Below the pieces are notes generated by a model that searched no databases, was not told where the DNA came from, and was given only the letters and a program-made list of their open reading frames with translations. Position numbers and translations under genes: made by a program. 64,000 nucleotides of DNA from an uncultured delta proteobacterium (GTDB lineage Bacteria > Myxococcota > B64-G9): positions 416,001 through 480,000 of the forward strand of contig CAVWHX010000004.1 of the NCBI GenBank assembly GCA_963754925.1, in the 5' to 3' direction. Shown one piece after another: positions 9,823 to 19,341 of this stretch. Position 1 is the stretch's first letter; each line of letters begins with the position of its first letter.

Positions 9823-10804
9823 GGCGGTAGGTCATAATACAGGCGCCCAGATAGATGCCGATCGCGGCGGTAGCCCAGAAAATCCGGTCGCCATGCGATT
9901 TTGGCAAGAGACGGTGGATGCGGTCAAAGACATATCCGGCGGAAACCGCATACCGATTACCGCCGTCAAAAAAAGTGTCGTAAACGTACTGCAAGGTGCG
10001 TTTGTCAAGACCGAGCTTCTTCTCCACTCCGGCGATGATAGGAATACCGCCGGGATGTATCGCCCAGTACCGAAAATCAGAGACCGCTAATCGGTGTTTG
10101 CGAAGGAATGGTTCAATGCCGTTTCGCCAAATAAGCTCCGGAACATCATCCGTCATGTATCGACTCAGGTGAATCGCCCCATCATGGTCAGAGCATGCTT
10201 TAGCGGCGGTGCCGGGGATAAACAGGGACGCAACGTCTTCGATAGTGTAGCCCGGCGCGAATGCGTCGTCATCGTCCACGAGCACCAAGAGCATGAAATT
10301 GACGCCGTCGCCAAAAATAACTTTTGAAATCGCATGATGATCGAGCGGCCGTCGTAAAAAAATCGAGGGGAAGTCCATGATGGCGACCAGCGCCACATCG
10401 CCGGCCGTTCGCCGTCCCGACAAACGTTTGTTGTCAAGATACTCAAACACCTGGGGGATAGTGCTGCACACACGGTTGGTCATATACGACGGTTCGCACG
10501 ACGTCAGATTGAGTTCATTCGCTACCAGGCAATCGAGGCCGGGTTTCCGGTTGATCCATTCTTGGGGTAGAAACGTATAACCCACCACCAAATCTTTAAT
10601 CGCGGTTTCAGGAATATCGTAGGTTGAGATGAACGTGCTGAACTGTCGTTTGGTGAGATCCTGTAAATCCTCGCCGTTGTAAAAATAGCGTGTCTTCGGC
10701 CCTTTTAGATCCGCGACCTGATCGCCAAAGAGAGAACGGCATCGTTCGTTGTCAATGGCAAGTCCCGGATTCCACGTTTGAATGTCAATTAGTTTCCACT
10801 TCAT
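9809..10804 (-). CDS. type III PKS / FabH-like condensing enzyme
   Basis: Cys in NRVCST, FGDG, WAIHPGG, GGN give a Cys-His-Asn triad; 331 aa. Confidence 0.72.
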   Translation of the reverse strand: MKWKLIDIQTWNPGLAIDNERCRSLFGDQVADLKGPKTRYFYNGEDLQDLTKRQFSTFISTYDIPETAIKDLVVGYTFLPQEWINRKPGLDCLVANELNLTSCEPSYMTNRVCSTIPQVFEYLDNKRLSGRRTAGDVALVAIMDFPSIFLRRPLDHHAISKVIFGDGVNFMLLVLVDDDDAFAPGYTIEDVASLFIPGTAAKACSDHDGAIHLSRYMTDDVPELIWRNGIEPFLRKHRLAVSDFRYWAIHPGGIPIIAGVEKKLGLDKRTLQYVYDTFFDGGNRYAVSAGYVFDRIHRLLPKSHGDRIFWATAAIGIYLGACIMTYRHARV

Positions 10805-11212
10805 TGGTATCTCTCGTATATGTCAATTTCTCAAAAAACCAAAAAGTGGATTTTATAGTTATACCTACAAGATTGCAATGTTAATGATCAGCAACATAAT
10901 GATACAGCACCCCGTGCAATGGTAATACTTCTTGATCATTTTCAAGCACCCGAAAGTCACCGTAACTAGATATAAATACAAGGATTCGCTGCAGCCGTGG
11001 CAAACCGTACCTGATTCAGTGAAAATAATAACGAGAATTCAGGCAGACTAAAAGTTGAGCGCAAAAACCAATCCCCAGTCGTCGGCTTTTGAATAATATG
11101 GTGCAAGACCCCATCTCATCCCTGTTGTGCTTGTTAATTGATCGGCTCTCAAGCTGGAACTCTCCGAGAGCCGATAGGGTTGCATTTCAGCTATGGGTCA
11201 GGCAGGCTGACT

Positions 11213-12412
11213 CTACTTCAGGTTTTCAATCAGAACCGCGGCTCCCATACCACCGCCAACGCAGAGGGTCGCGATGCCCCACTGGATGTTCCGGCGTTTC
11301 ATTTCGTAGGTGAGCGTTAGGATTAAACGGGCGCCCGTGCATCCTACCGGATGGCCTAGGGCGATACCCGACCCGTTCACGTTCACGATCGAGCGGTCCA
11401 GGCCAAGACCGCGCTCGCACGCCAAATATTGAGCCGCGAAGGCCTCGTTGCATTCGATGAGACCAATATCGGAAAGCTTCTTGCCAGTTTTCTTGAGAAG
11501 CTTCTGAACCGCCGGGACCGGCCCGTAGCCCATCAACTGCGGCTCGCATCCAGCCACGGCGTTCGCCGCGATGCGCACCAGAGGTCTTTTACCCAACTTG
11601 TTTGCTTTTTCCAAAGAGGCGACGACCAGGGCCGCAGCGCCGTCGTTGAGCCCTGAGCTGTTGCCCGCCGTGACGGTGCCGGTCTTTTTGAACACCGGCT
11701 TGAGTGCAGCCAAACTCTCTCGGCTAACGTCGCGCCGCGGATGCTCGTCGGTGGTAAACATTTTTGGCTCGCCCCGGCGCTGGGGCACCGGCACCGGAAT
11801 GATCTCGTCCTTAAACCGACCGGCATCGATGGCGGCGACCGCCTTTTTCTGGCTCTCAAAGGCAATCTGGTCCTGGTCTTCTCGCGATATGTTGTATTTC
11901 TCGGCAAGGTTCTCCGCCGTCTGTCCCATGATGTATCCGTCTCCCAGAAGCTGGCTTCCCGAATGGAGGAGCTCCCACATCGAGTCGGTCATCTCGCCAT
12001 GTTGGAGCCGATAGCCCCAGCGCGCGTTTTTAAGCACATACGGCGCATTGCTCATGGATTCGCAGCCGCCGGCGAGCACCATCTCGGAATCGCCCGCGAG
12101 AATTTGTTGTGAGGCAAAGATGGTGGCCTGCATGCCGGAGGCGCATTGCCGCTGGATGGTGGTCGCCGGAACTTCGACGGGGATTCCCGCCTTCAGCGCG
12201 GCGGTTCGCGCCGTGTTCGCCTCCTCGCTGGTTTGTATGCAGTCGCCGAAAATGACATCGTCGAGCATGTCGCCTGCCACCCCCGCCCGCTTAAGAGCTT
12301 CTCCCATGACGAGCGCGGCGAGCTGAAACGCTTTAACATCCTTTAATGATTGTCCAAAGCTGCCGATGGGCGTCCGGCATCCTGCGAGAATGACAACTTC
12401 TTTGTTTGACAT
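11213..12412 (-). CDS. acetyl-CoA C-acetyltransferase (thiolase)
   Basis: RTPIG, QCASG, NEAFA, GHPVGCTG, LCVGGGMG motifs. Confidence 0.95.
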   Translation of the reverse strand: MSNKEVVILAGCRTPIGSFGQSLKDVKAFQLAALVMGEALKRAGVAGDMLDDVIFGDCIQTSEEANTARTAALKAGIPVEVPATTIQRQCASGMQATIFASQQILAGDSEMVLAGGCESMSNAPYVLKNARWGYRLQHGEMTDSMWELLHSGSQLLGDGYIMGQTAENLAEKYNISREDQDQIAFESQKKAVAAIDAGRFKDEIIPVPVPQRRGEPKMFTTDEHPRRDVSRESLAALKPVFKKTGTVTAGNSSGLNDGAAALVVASLEKANKLGKRPLVRIAANAVAGCEPQLMGYGPVPAVQKLLKKTGKKLSDIGLIECNEAFAAQYLACERGLGLDRSIVNVNGSGIALGHPVGCTGARLILTLTYEMKRRNIQWGIATLCVGGGMGAAVLIENLK

Positions 12413-12441
12413 AGCGGTTCTCCTACCTGTTGATGTGATTT

Positions 12442-13137
12442 TCAGGTTACCGGAAGATCCTGAGACTTGACCACGCGGTTAGCCTTATTGATGTAACACA
12501 CCGCGTCTTTGTTCAGCGCCGTCAGCGCGCCGTCGGCGGCGACGCGAATTCCGCCTTCGGACGGGATACCAAACCCCACGCTATTTTTTCCGAGCAGCCT
12601 TACCGCGACTTTCAGTTCCTCCCAATCGTCGTCCTCGGCGTGGGTATCGCACACGATCGGAGCAATACCCATGCACGCAAACAGCCTCGCGGTTGTATCG
12701 TCATCGGGATTTTCCCAGCGCACCCAGTGCGCTCCGAGCATGATGCTTCCCGCCGAAAGCCCAAAAAAAAGGATTCCCTGCTGATACCGTTCTTGCAGGA
12801 AGGACATCAGATTGTGCTGCTGCAACCAATGCATCCCCTTATCAACATCACCACCGGCCACGAAGACGGCATCCGACCCGCTAAGGATGGATTGCGCTTC
12901 GTCGACATTCGGCCGTTTTTGAGCTAAAAAAATCTGATCGACGGCTGATACCCCAGCACTGATAAAAAAATTTTCGGAAAACTTGAAAAACGACGGGTCA
13001 TCGCCGTTGGCCGCCCCGATATACGCCACCCGTGGTCGCTTCTTTTCGGTTTCGGCCAAAATACTTTTGAAAATCGGAATAAGGGTATTCGACTTTCTCC
13101 AATTGCCGCCAGCCAACAGATAGATTGGCTTTTTCAT
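12442..13137 (-). CDS. peptidase E / cyanophycinase-like (S51, class I GATase fold)
   Basis: YIGAA, VFVAGGD, GLSAG nucleophile elbow, DTH. Confidence 0.75.
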   Translation of the reverse strand: MKKPIYLLAGGNWRKSNTLIPIFKSILAETEKKRPRVAYIGAANGDDPSFFKFSENFFISAGVSAVDQIFLAQKRPNVDEAQSILSGSDAVFVAGGDVDKGMHWLQQHNLMSFLQERYQQGILFFGLSAGSIMLGAHWVRWENPDDDTTARLFACMGIAPIVCDTHAEDDDWEELKVAVRLLGKNSVGFGIPSEGGIRVAADGALTALNKDAVCYINKANRVVKSQDLPVT

Positions 13138-14429
13138 GCAAACATCCTCTTTACATCAAAATCAAAGCTTGCATGCGTTCTGCGGTATTTTCCGGACACC
13201 GTTGGCTCGATATCGTCGCAGGGTTCGATCTGTATGGCTGCATCGCTGCCGTACAGTACCTTTAAGGCGTTAAGACTTGCTTGCGTCACTGGCCTCGGAT
13301 CGCCTACCAAGAGCAGTGATAGGGTATACGCGCCCGCCGCATGCTGTTCAAGGTGATAATCGCGGATACCGTCAATTGCCGAGAGCGCATCGTCAACCTG
13401 CCTGGTCGTCACCAGCCGCCCACTGGTCGTGAAGGTTGCATGGGCCATCCGCCCTTCCATAGCTGAGAGCAGAAATCCCTCGTTCCGGCCGCAGGGGCAC
13501 GACTGGCTCTCATACCGACGCACCAGATCTCCGACATCAAATCGAATCAGCGACATCCAGGGATGATGAAAGGTGGTGATCAAAATACGACCTATCGCCG
13601 GTCCGCCATGAATGCCTTTGAGCGGTTGAAAATCCACCCGACAGAAATCGGTGTTTTGGTGAAACATGCCGTGTTCGCACTGCATAAAGACATAGCCGGC
13701 CTCGGTGGCGCCATACGAGCTTACCACCGGAGTTTGGAATACCTGCTGGATACTGCGCAAGTGCATGGCGGACACATACTCATAGGTAAACACTATCACC
13801 GTGGGTTGATAGGCGCGCAGCCCATTCTCCAGCGCCCACCAGCAGAGCCGCGCCAGAAGCGACGGATTCGCCTCAAACACGATTGGCTGGTATTTCTCCA
13901 GTTCGTCAAGCATGCGCTCGTAATGTCGATCGGTCCACTCACGCGCTCCAACCTTTTCATTCAAAAACAAGAACCGACCGAGTGTGCGCTCGCGCATTGA
14001 AAGATCCGTGTCCGACCGAAATCCCACGTTCAAGGCACTGGCTAAAATAGCCTCGCGATGAGTGCCGTCGAGCGCCGCAGTATGGCGATTGAGTTTCCAC
14101 GACGCCGTCTCCGAGGCGTTCCACCACGGTTGATACCAGATGTTGGTGACACGCTCCGCTGAGGTACCGCTGGTCTGGACAAATTCAATTTCTCCGCGCC
14201 GCAATCCCTCCGCCACGTCACGGTGGTAGGGCACGAGACCCTGGGGAAAATGCCGCCGGATATCGTTTTTAGTCAGTTCCGATAAAACGGCGTAGCGATG
14301 ATCGATAGGAAAACTGTCACCGGGGTCAAACCGCCGCCAGGAATGATACATCGGGACGGTCGAAAGCCCGATGGTCAACGCCTCCTGTGACCTGAGGTAA
14401 TAATCAGATGAAAAATAAGGTCCTTGCAT
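13134..14429 (-). CDS. phenylacetate-CoA ligase (PaaK)-family adenylating enzyme
   Basis: TSGTS, SYGATEAG, IRFDVGD, EGR, SGKYR motifs; ATGA coupling to the S51 peptidase. Confidence 0.8.
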   Translation of the reverse strand: MQGPYFSSDYYLRSQEALTIGLSTVPMYHSWRRFDPGDSFPIDHRYAVLSELTKNDIRRHFPQGLVPYHRDVAEGLRRGEIEFVQTSGTSAERVTNIWYQPWWNASETASWKLNRHTAALDGTHREAILASALNVGFRSDTDLSMRERTLGRFLFLNEKVGAREWTDRHYERMLDELEKYQPIVFEANPSLLARLCWWALENGLRAYQPTVIVFTYEYVSAMHLRSIQQVFQTPVVSSYGATEAGYVFMQCEHGMFHQNTDFCRVDFQPLKGIHGGPAIGRILITTFHHPWMSLIRFDVGDLVRRYESQSCPCGRNEGFLLSAMEGRMAHATFTTSGRLVTTRQVDDALSAIDGIRDYHLEQHAAGAYTLSLLLVGDPRPVTQASLNALKVLYGSDAAIQIEPCDDIEPTVSGKYRRTHASFDFDVKRMFA

Positions 14430-14500
14430 TGCTCACATCAATTGCGACGCTCTCTGCTGCTCTACCGCGAGCGTACGTTTCTCGAGAGCGCCGCGCTCAG

Positions 14501-15298
14501 TCATATTTTCCTTCCGGGGATACTCAACGAAGCCGAAATGCCGCCGTCAACCGGAAAAGCCTGGCCGGTGATGTAGCTGGCCTCGTCGCTGGCAAGAAAC
14601 ACGATCGCCCATGCCACCTCTTCGGGTTTTGCCGGACGCCGAAGCTCGCAATACTTGCCCAACTGCGCTTCCTTGCCCGAGCTCCGGGCATAATCAAAAA
14701 AGGGTTTGGTCATCGCCGTCTCAATCAAGCCCGGACAAATTGCATTGATCCTGATATTATGGTCGCCTACTTCACAGGCCGATGTTTGTGTAAAGTTTAT
14801 CAGCGCAGCCTTACTGGCGCTGTAGGCGTTACCGCCGGCGCCCGATCGAACTCCCGCCACCGACGCAATGTTTATGATGGAACCCCGGCGTCGTTCCTTC
14901 ATGTGCGCGATAATATATTTTGTGGCGTACACCGAGCCCATCACATTGACGTCATAAACGTGGTGCCATTCGTCGGCAGTCTGATTTTCAAGGGTTGATA
15001 GCCCACCGGATATCCCGGCATTATTCACCAACACATCCACCTGCTGGTAGGTGCCCAGAGCGAATTCGATGAGAGCCTTAACTTCTTCCTCAACCGCAAC
15101 ATTTGTTTTCTGTATAACCACGTTCGCACCGCTCGCTGTTATTTCTTGCTGGACCTCTTGGAGCGCCTCCTGATTAATATCAGCGAGCACCAGCTTGGAA
15201 CCTTCACGGGCAAAGAGATGCGCCGCTGCTCTGCCGATGCCATTTGCCGCGCCGGTTATGATTGACACGTTACCCTTAAGACGTCCTGTGCTTGACAT
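14501..15298 (-). CDS. SDR family oxidoreductase
   Basis: TGAANGIG, NNAG, YSASK, VDGG. Confidence 0.93.
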   Translation of the reverse strand: MSSTGRLKGNVSIITGAANGIGRAAAHLFAREGSKLVLADINQEALQEVQQEITASGANVVIQKTNVAVEEEVKALIEFALGTYQQVDVLVNNAGISGGLSTLENQTADEWHHVYDVNVMGSVYATKYIIAHMKERRRGSIINIASVAGVRSGAGGNAYSASKAALINFTQTSACEVGDHNIRINAICPGLIETAMTKPFFDYARSSGKEAQLGKYCELRRPAKPEEVAWAIVFLASDEASYITGQAFPVDGGISASLSIPGRKI

Positions 15299-15372
15299 AG
15301 ATAGCCCCTCCGTGATCGATATCGATGCCAGGTGGGAAGTATCTTCTTTTGTTGTACCGTTCTTTGGTTGTC

Positions 15373-16515
15373 CTATGCTTGTTTTCTACGTTGTGGCGGT
15401 ATCCTAACGATTCGTTCGCCTTCAATCAACGAGATGGCATTTGCCGGGCAGAAAGAGGCACACACGCCGCAGCCAATGCATAATTCTTCTTTTCGTTGAG
15501 CCTTCTTGTCATCTCCCAAGGATGCGGCGCCGGTATGACAAACCTTCGCGCAAGTTCCACATCCGATGCATAACTCCTTATTCACCCTCGATAAAAAATT
15601 AGTCGCATTGGTGATCGGGGCTATCATGTTATCAACCGAATTTCCACAGCAGCATCGACAACAGTTGCATATGCTGGTCTCATCCTTACGGGTGTCAAAA
15701 TTCGGGTGGTAGGCCTTGTGAACCAGCCCTGCTTCTTCGGAGCGTTTCAATACCTGAAGCGCCTCTTCTTTTGAAACCATCCTCGAAAAACCCTGTTCCG
15801 AGGTATACCGCGCGGATTTGCCGAAGGTAAAACAGTTTTCCCGTTCCTTGGTCTGCTTGCAGGGATTGCCCGAAAGATCTTTATAGTGACGGCAAAAACA
15901 GTGACCCAGGGCAATCTCGTCGAATTTCTTGATAAGCTCTTCAACTTTTTGGGTCGGTACAATCCGGTCGACAGCGGTTGCCAATTCTTTATTAATAATG
16001 ACCTTAACTCGCTCCTTTTTCGGCTTGTTCTCCAAAACAGGCACGGTTCTATCGATTGGAGGCGCACTCATCAAGAAAGGAACGAGCGTGTCATAGTTTT
16101 GCTGAAGCATGTTCCTTAGCTCAGAAAATAATTTGTTAAATAGAGCTGTTATCTCCTGTGTCCGGTCATTACGCTCGATCGTGCCCATAAAATTATATTC
16201 AAAGGTGCCCACATTAAACAGCGGCAACAATCGGTAGACCATCATGCCCTTGCTGTTGGGTTGGTTAAAAATGACGCCTCGTTTTGAAAGCCCTTGTATC
16301 TTCTTTAAAATCTCTTCTTCGGATAGGTTGCTGCTTTGCTTCAGTTGATCCATAGTTTGTGATTTCTGATCCTTAAACGCCGCGATAAAATCCACTTCGT
16401 CTTCCATAATAAAAGATCTTAATAGTTTTATGAGGGTGTCGTTGACCGGCAGCGGGGTTCCGCCAGCTTTGGCGATTGCCTCTGCGGCGGTTTTGTATTT
16501 ATTTTCAATGTCCAT
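15373..16515 (-). CDS. 4Fe-4S dicluster protein with N-terminal HTH-like region
   Basis: CFCR, ICNCCRCCC, CIGCGTCAKVC, CIGCGVCASFCP. Confidence 0.85.
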   Translation of the reverse strand: MDIENKYKTAAEAIAKAGGTPLPVNDTLIKLLRSFIMEDEVDFIAAFKDQKSQTMDQLKQSSNLSEEEILKKIQGLSKRGVIFNQPNSKGMMVYRLLPLFNVGTFEYNFMGTIERNDRTQEITALFNKLFSELRNMLQQNYDTLVPFLMSAPPIDRTVPVLENKPKKERVKVIINKELATAVDRIVPTQKVEELIKKFDEIALGHCFCRHYKDLSGNPCKQTKERENCFTFGKSARYTSEQGFSRMVSKEEALQVLKRSEEAGLVHKAYHPNFDTRKDETSICNCCRCCCGNSVDNMIAPITNATNFLSRVNKELCIGCGTCAKVCHTGAASLGDDKKAQRKEELCIGCGVCASFCPANAISLIEGERIVRIPPQRRKQA

Positions 16516-16728
16516 GTTGTTACCTCCAGGTTCGCAAAGCCATAATCTCTTTTCTTTTCCTTTGCCGCTTTTGTCTTGTGACGCGCTGCTGAAGCCTACG
16601 TTGAAGCTAACCCCGAACTCATTTTCGAGTCAACGATTATGCTGGATTGTGAAAAAGCGTGAAAAAATTCGTGCCGTTAAGCTATAGTCGGAGGTTGGTA
16701 ACCGACAACACCGAGGAAGGAATCCCGG

Positions 16729-17622
16729 ATGGCACGAGTGCTCTATTTCGCCCGCCAAGCGCTAATCGATCTTCGACGCAACCTGTTTGTCACCAGCGTG
16801 ACGATGGTGACGGTAGCGGTGGTGTTTCTCGTACTCGGGGTGTTTGCCGTGATCGGATACAACCTCTACTCGTTAGAGGAGCAGCTGAGCGCAGAGCTGC
16901 AAATGTCAATCTATCTGCGTGACGACCTCCGCGCGGAGCAACGCGACGCGCTTGAACATCTGCTGGCTGCATCGAACGGTGTGGCGGCCGTCCGATTCAA
17001 GAGCCGCGCAGAGGCCCTTGAGGAGTTCCGCAACCGTCTCGGTCCTGACATGACTATCTTAGACAGCCTTTCGGATAATCCGGTTCCGGCCTCTTTCGAG
17101 GTGACTTTCACCACGGGCGGACGAAACACCGCAGCCATGCACGACCTGGCTCAACAACTTTCCGGTATGCCCGGTGTTGAGGAGGTTCAATACAGCCAAG
17201 GATGGATGGAACGCTTCTTTGGTTTCTTAGAAGCAAGCCGCACGGTAGGGTTCATCATCGTTGCATTGATAGTGCTCTCAACCTTGATGATTGTCTCTAA
17301 CACTATCCGCCTTGCGGTCTATGGTCGTCAGGAAGAGATTCAAATTCTCAAACTGGTCGGCGCAACCGATCGATTTGTCAAGGCGCCTTTCTGCATCGAG
17401 GGTGTTGTGGTATGCACCATCGGCGCGGCGGCGGGTATCGGATTGAGCTGGCTGCTCTATCGGTTGGTGGTGCCAGAAGTTCTGGTGCCAACAGGTTTTG
17501 GCGGCAGCGGAATAACGATTATTTTTCTTCCCGCTGCTGGTGTGGCGGGAATGGTGGTAGGCGGAGCACTCTTGGGACTCTTAGGCACCATGACCAGCCT
17601 CGGCAAGCACCTTAAAATATGA
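16729..17622 (+). CDS. ftsX: cell division permease FtsX
   Basis: NPVPAS, SNTIRLAVYGRQEEIQILKLVGATDRFVKAPF motifs; four TM segments. Confidence 0.92.
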   Translation: MARVLYFARQALIDLRRNLFVTSVTMVTVAVVFLVLGVFAVIGYNLYSLEEQLSAELQMSIYLRDDLRAEQRDALEHLLAASNGVAAVRFKSRAEALEEFRNRLGPDMTILDSLSDNPVPASFEVTFTTGGRNTAAMHDLAQQLSGMPGVEEVQYSQGWMERFFGFLEASRTVGFIIVALIVLSTLMIVSNTIRLAVYGRQEEIQILKLVGATDRFVKAPFCIEGVVVCTIGAAAGIGLSWLLYRLVVPEVLVPTGFGGSGITIIFLPAAGVAGMVVGGALLGLLGTMTSLGKHLKI

Positions 17623-17673
17623 ACCGGTTGCCCCGGGCAACAACCTCTCGTTGCAGGGGACAGGGCATTTTCA

Positions 17674-18828
17674 GTGCATGTCATTGGTTACTCAACCTTG
17701 AGCGTAAGATTCCGAGCGGCGCTGTTTTGCGTAGCGTGGTTGGCGGTCAATACCATAAGCAATCTCCTTGCCGCCGAGCCCGACCCCCAAAGGATCAAAT
17801 CCAGTCTTGAGCACGAACGACAATTCATCGAGCGCCTGTCCGAGGAGTCGCAATCCCTCCTCGCAACGCTTGACGAGCTCGACCAGAGACTCGGTCGCGC
17901 TAATAGCGACTGGCGGGACGCGCAGCGTCTCCTGGAACAAGCCGAGCAAGCGCTGCTTGGGCAGCAAGCGGAAAGCGCGCGCGTCAATCAGGAACTTATC
18001 GAGGTCCGCGCTCGATTGCGCAGCCGCCTGCGCGGGCTGTATAAGCTCGGCGAGCTTGGTTGGTTAGGCTTAATTTTCGACGCAGAGTCTGTTTCGGCGG
18101 CGCTTCGCAACGTGAGCCTTATTGAGCGGGCGGCGCGTTCGGATCGGTTTCTTATCGCCTCGGCAGAACGTCTTCAAACTGAGCTGGCCGAATCGGAGCG
18201 TCAATTGCTCGCCAACCGTCGAAAGGCTCAAGCGCTTGAGGAAAACGTGCGTCGGCAACGCGATCTTGTTCTAGAATCGTCAGCCGAGAAACGCCGGGCA
18301 CTTGGTTTAATACATGGACAAAAGATACTGCACCTTCGGGTCGTCAAGGAACTCAGCCAGGCGAGTAAAAATCTCGCGCGCATGGTGGCGACGATACAGC
18401 AGCCGGCAACGGTGCATAATGACTTCGAACGTTGGCAGGGGCGATTACCGACCCCTGTCACCGGAGCGCGGATCGAGGTGCGCTTCGGCAAGCAGGTTGA
18501 TCCTCACTTTAAAACGGTGACCCTCTCGCAAGGAGTTGATCTCCGTGCGGAGAAAGGCACGCCGGTTCGCGCCGTTTATCAGGGAGTGTTGGCGTACGCC
18601 GAGCCTCTCTTGGGTTACGGATTATTAGCGATCCTCGACCACGGCGGCGGTTACTACACCCTGTACGGCCACCTTGATCATTTCCAGGTTCAGAAAGGTA
18701 CGATGATCTCCCAGGGCCAGCCCCTCGGAACGCTCGGCGACAGCGGCTCGCTGAAGGGAGCGTACCTTTATTTTGAGGTCCGCCATGGCGGTCGAGCAGT
18801 CGATCCCGAAAAGTGGGTAAAATTCTGA
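17674..18828 (+). CDS. envC: murein hydrolase activator EnvC (coiled coil plus degenerate M23 domain)
   Basis: Long coiled coil; SQGVD replaces HxxxD and YLYFE replaces HxH, as typical of EnvC; follows ftsX. Confidence 0.82.
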   Translation: MHVIGYSTLSVRFRAALFCVAWLAVNTISNLLAAEPDPQRIKSSLEHERQFIERLSEESQSLLATLDELDQRLGRANSDWRDAQRLLEQAEQALLGQQAESARVNQELIEVRARLRSRLRGLYKLGELGWLGLIFDAESVSAALRNVSLIERAARSDRFLIASAERLQTELAESERQLLANRRKAQALEENVRRQRDLVLESSAEKRRALGLIHGQKILHLRVVKELSQASKNLARMVATIQQPATVHNDFERWQGRLPTPVTGARIEVRFGKQVDPHFKTVTLSQGVDLRAEKGTPVRAVYQGVLAYAEPLLGYGLLAILDHGGGYYTLYGHLDHFQVQKGTMISQGQPLGTLGDSGSLKGAYLYFEVRHGGRAVDPEKWVKF

Positions 18829-18866
18829 TCGCGAGAAGCATCATCAAATATGCGGAGGGAAAGTAA
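18829..18866 (+). pseudogene. possible 3' remnant of hicA toxin gene
   Basis: Reads ...ARSIIKYAEGK-stop, with the stop 1 nt before the hicB-like ATG; resembles HicA C-terminal helices. Confidence 0.35.
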
Positions 18867-18867
18867 C

Positions 18868-19285
18868 ATGTTGCGATTGTCGGGAAAGATGGAAAAGGCT
18901 GGTAAATATTGGGCCATAGAAGTCCCTCTTCTGTATATCTACACTCAAGGACGCACAAAAAAAGAGGCTTTCGAAATGCTTAAAGATTGCCATTGAGAGC
19001 CTTGCCGAAGAAGAGGATTTCTTCGAAGTTATCCCAGGAAGCGGCGAACGCTTTGAGATTTGTTCGAAAGATGCAGCGAGATTTACCACCTTTATTCTAA
19101 AACGGCAGCGACAAAAACAGGGATTATCGTTGTCGGATATGTCTAAGCGACTTGGACGAAAGTCGAGAAACACCTATGCTCGATTTGAGCAAGGAAAGAG
19201 TGATCCAACGATTTCAAACTTGTTGAAACTCTTGTCCGCCGTCAATTCTTGTGTGGATATTACCATCTCTGAGACGGATAGGTAA
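18868..19285 (+). pseudogene. HicB-like antitoxin fused to XRE HTH, +1 frameshift at ~18988
   Basis: Read by hand: MLRLSGKMEKAGKYWAIEVPLLYIYTQGRTKKEAFEMLKD / AIESL...LKRQRQKQGLSLSDMSKRLGRKSRNTYARFEQGKSDPTISNL; GGAGG RBS; span 418 nt = 3n+1. Confidence 0.75.
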
Positions 19286-19341
19286 AATACCAGGGAGTTG
19301 CCTTCCGAGAGGCCTCAGAGGGCAAATGGTTCATTACGGGG

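Noticed and set aside
1..10804. Calling the cluster a ladderane or a true aryl polyene pathway
   Set aside because: Only the parts list overlaps. No ketoreductase, CLF, glycosyltransferase or B12-rSAM lies inside the visible cluster, and the product cannot be read from sequence.
11085..11115. GCAAGACCCC resembling ends seen near REP-associated transposases
   Set aside because: Too short, single copy, and no transposase remnant could be read.
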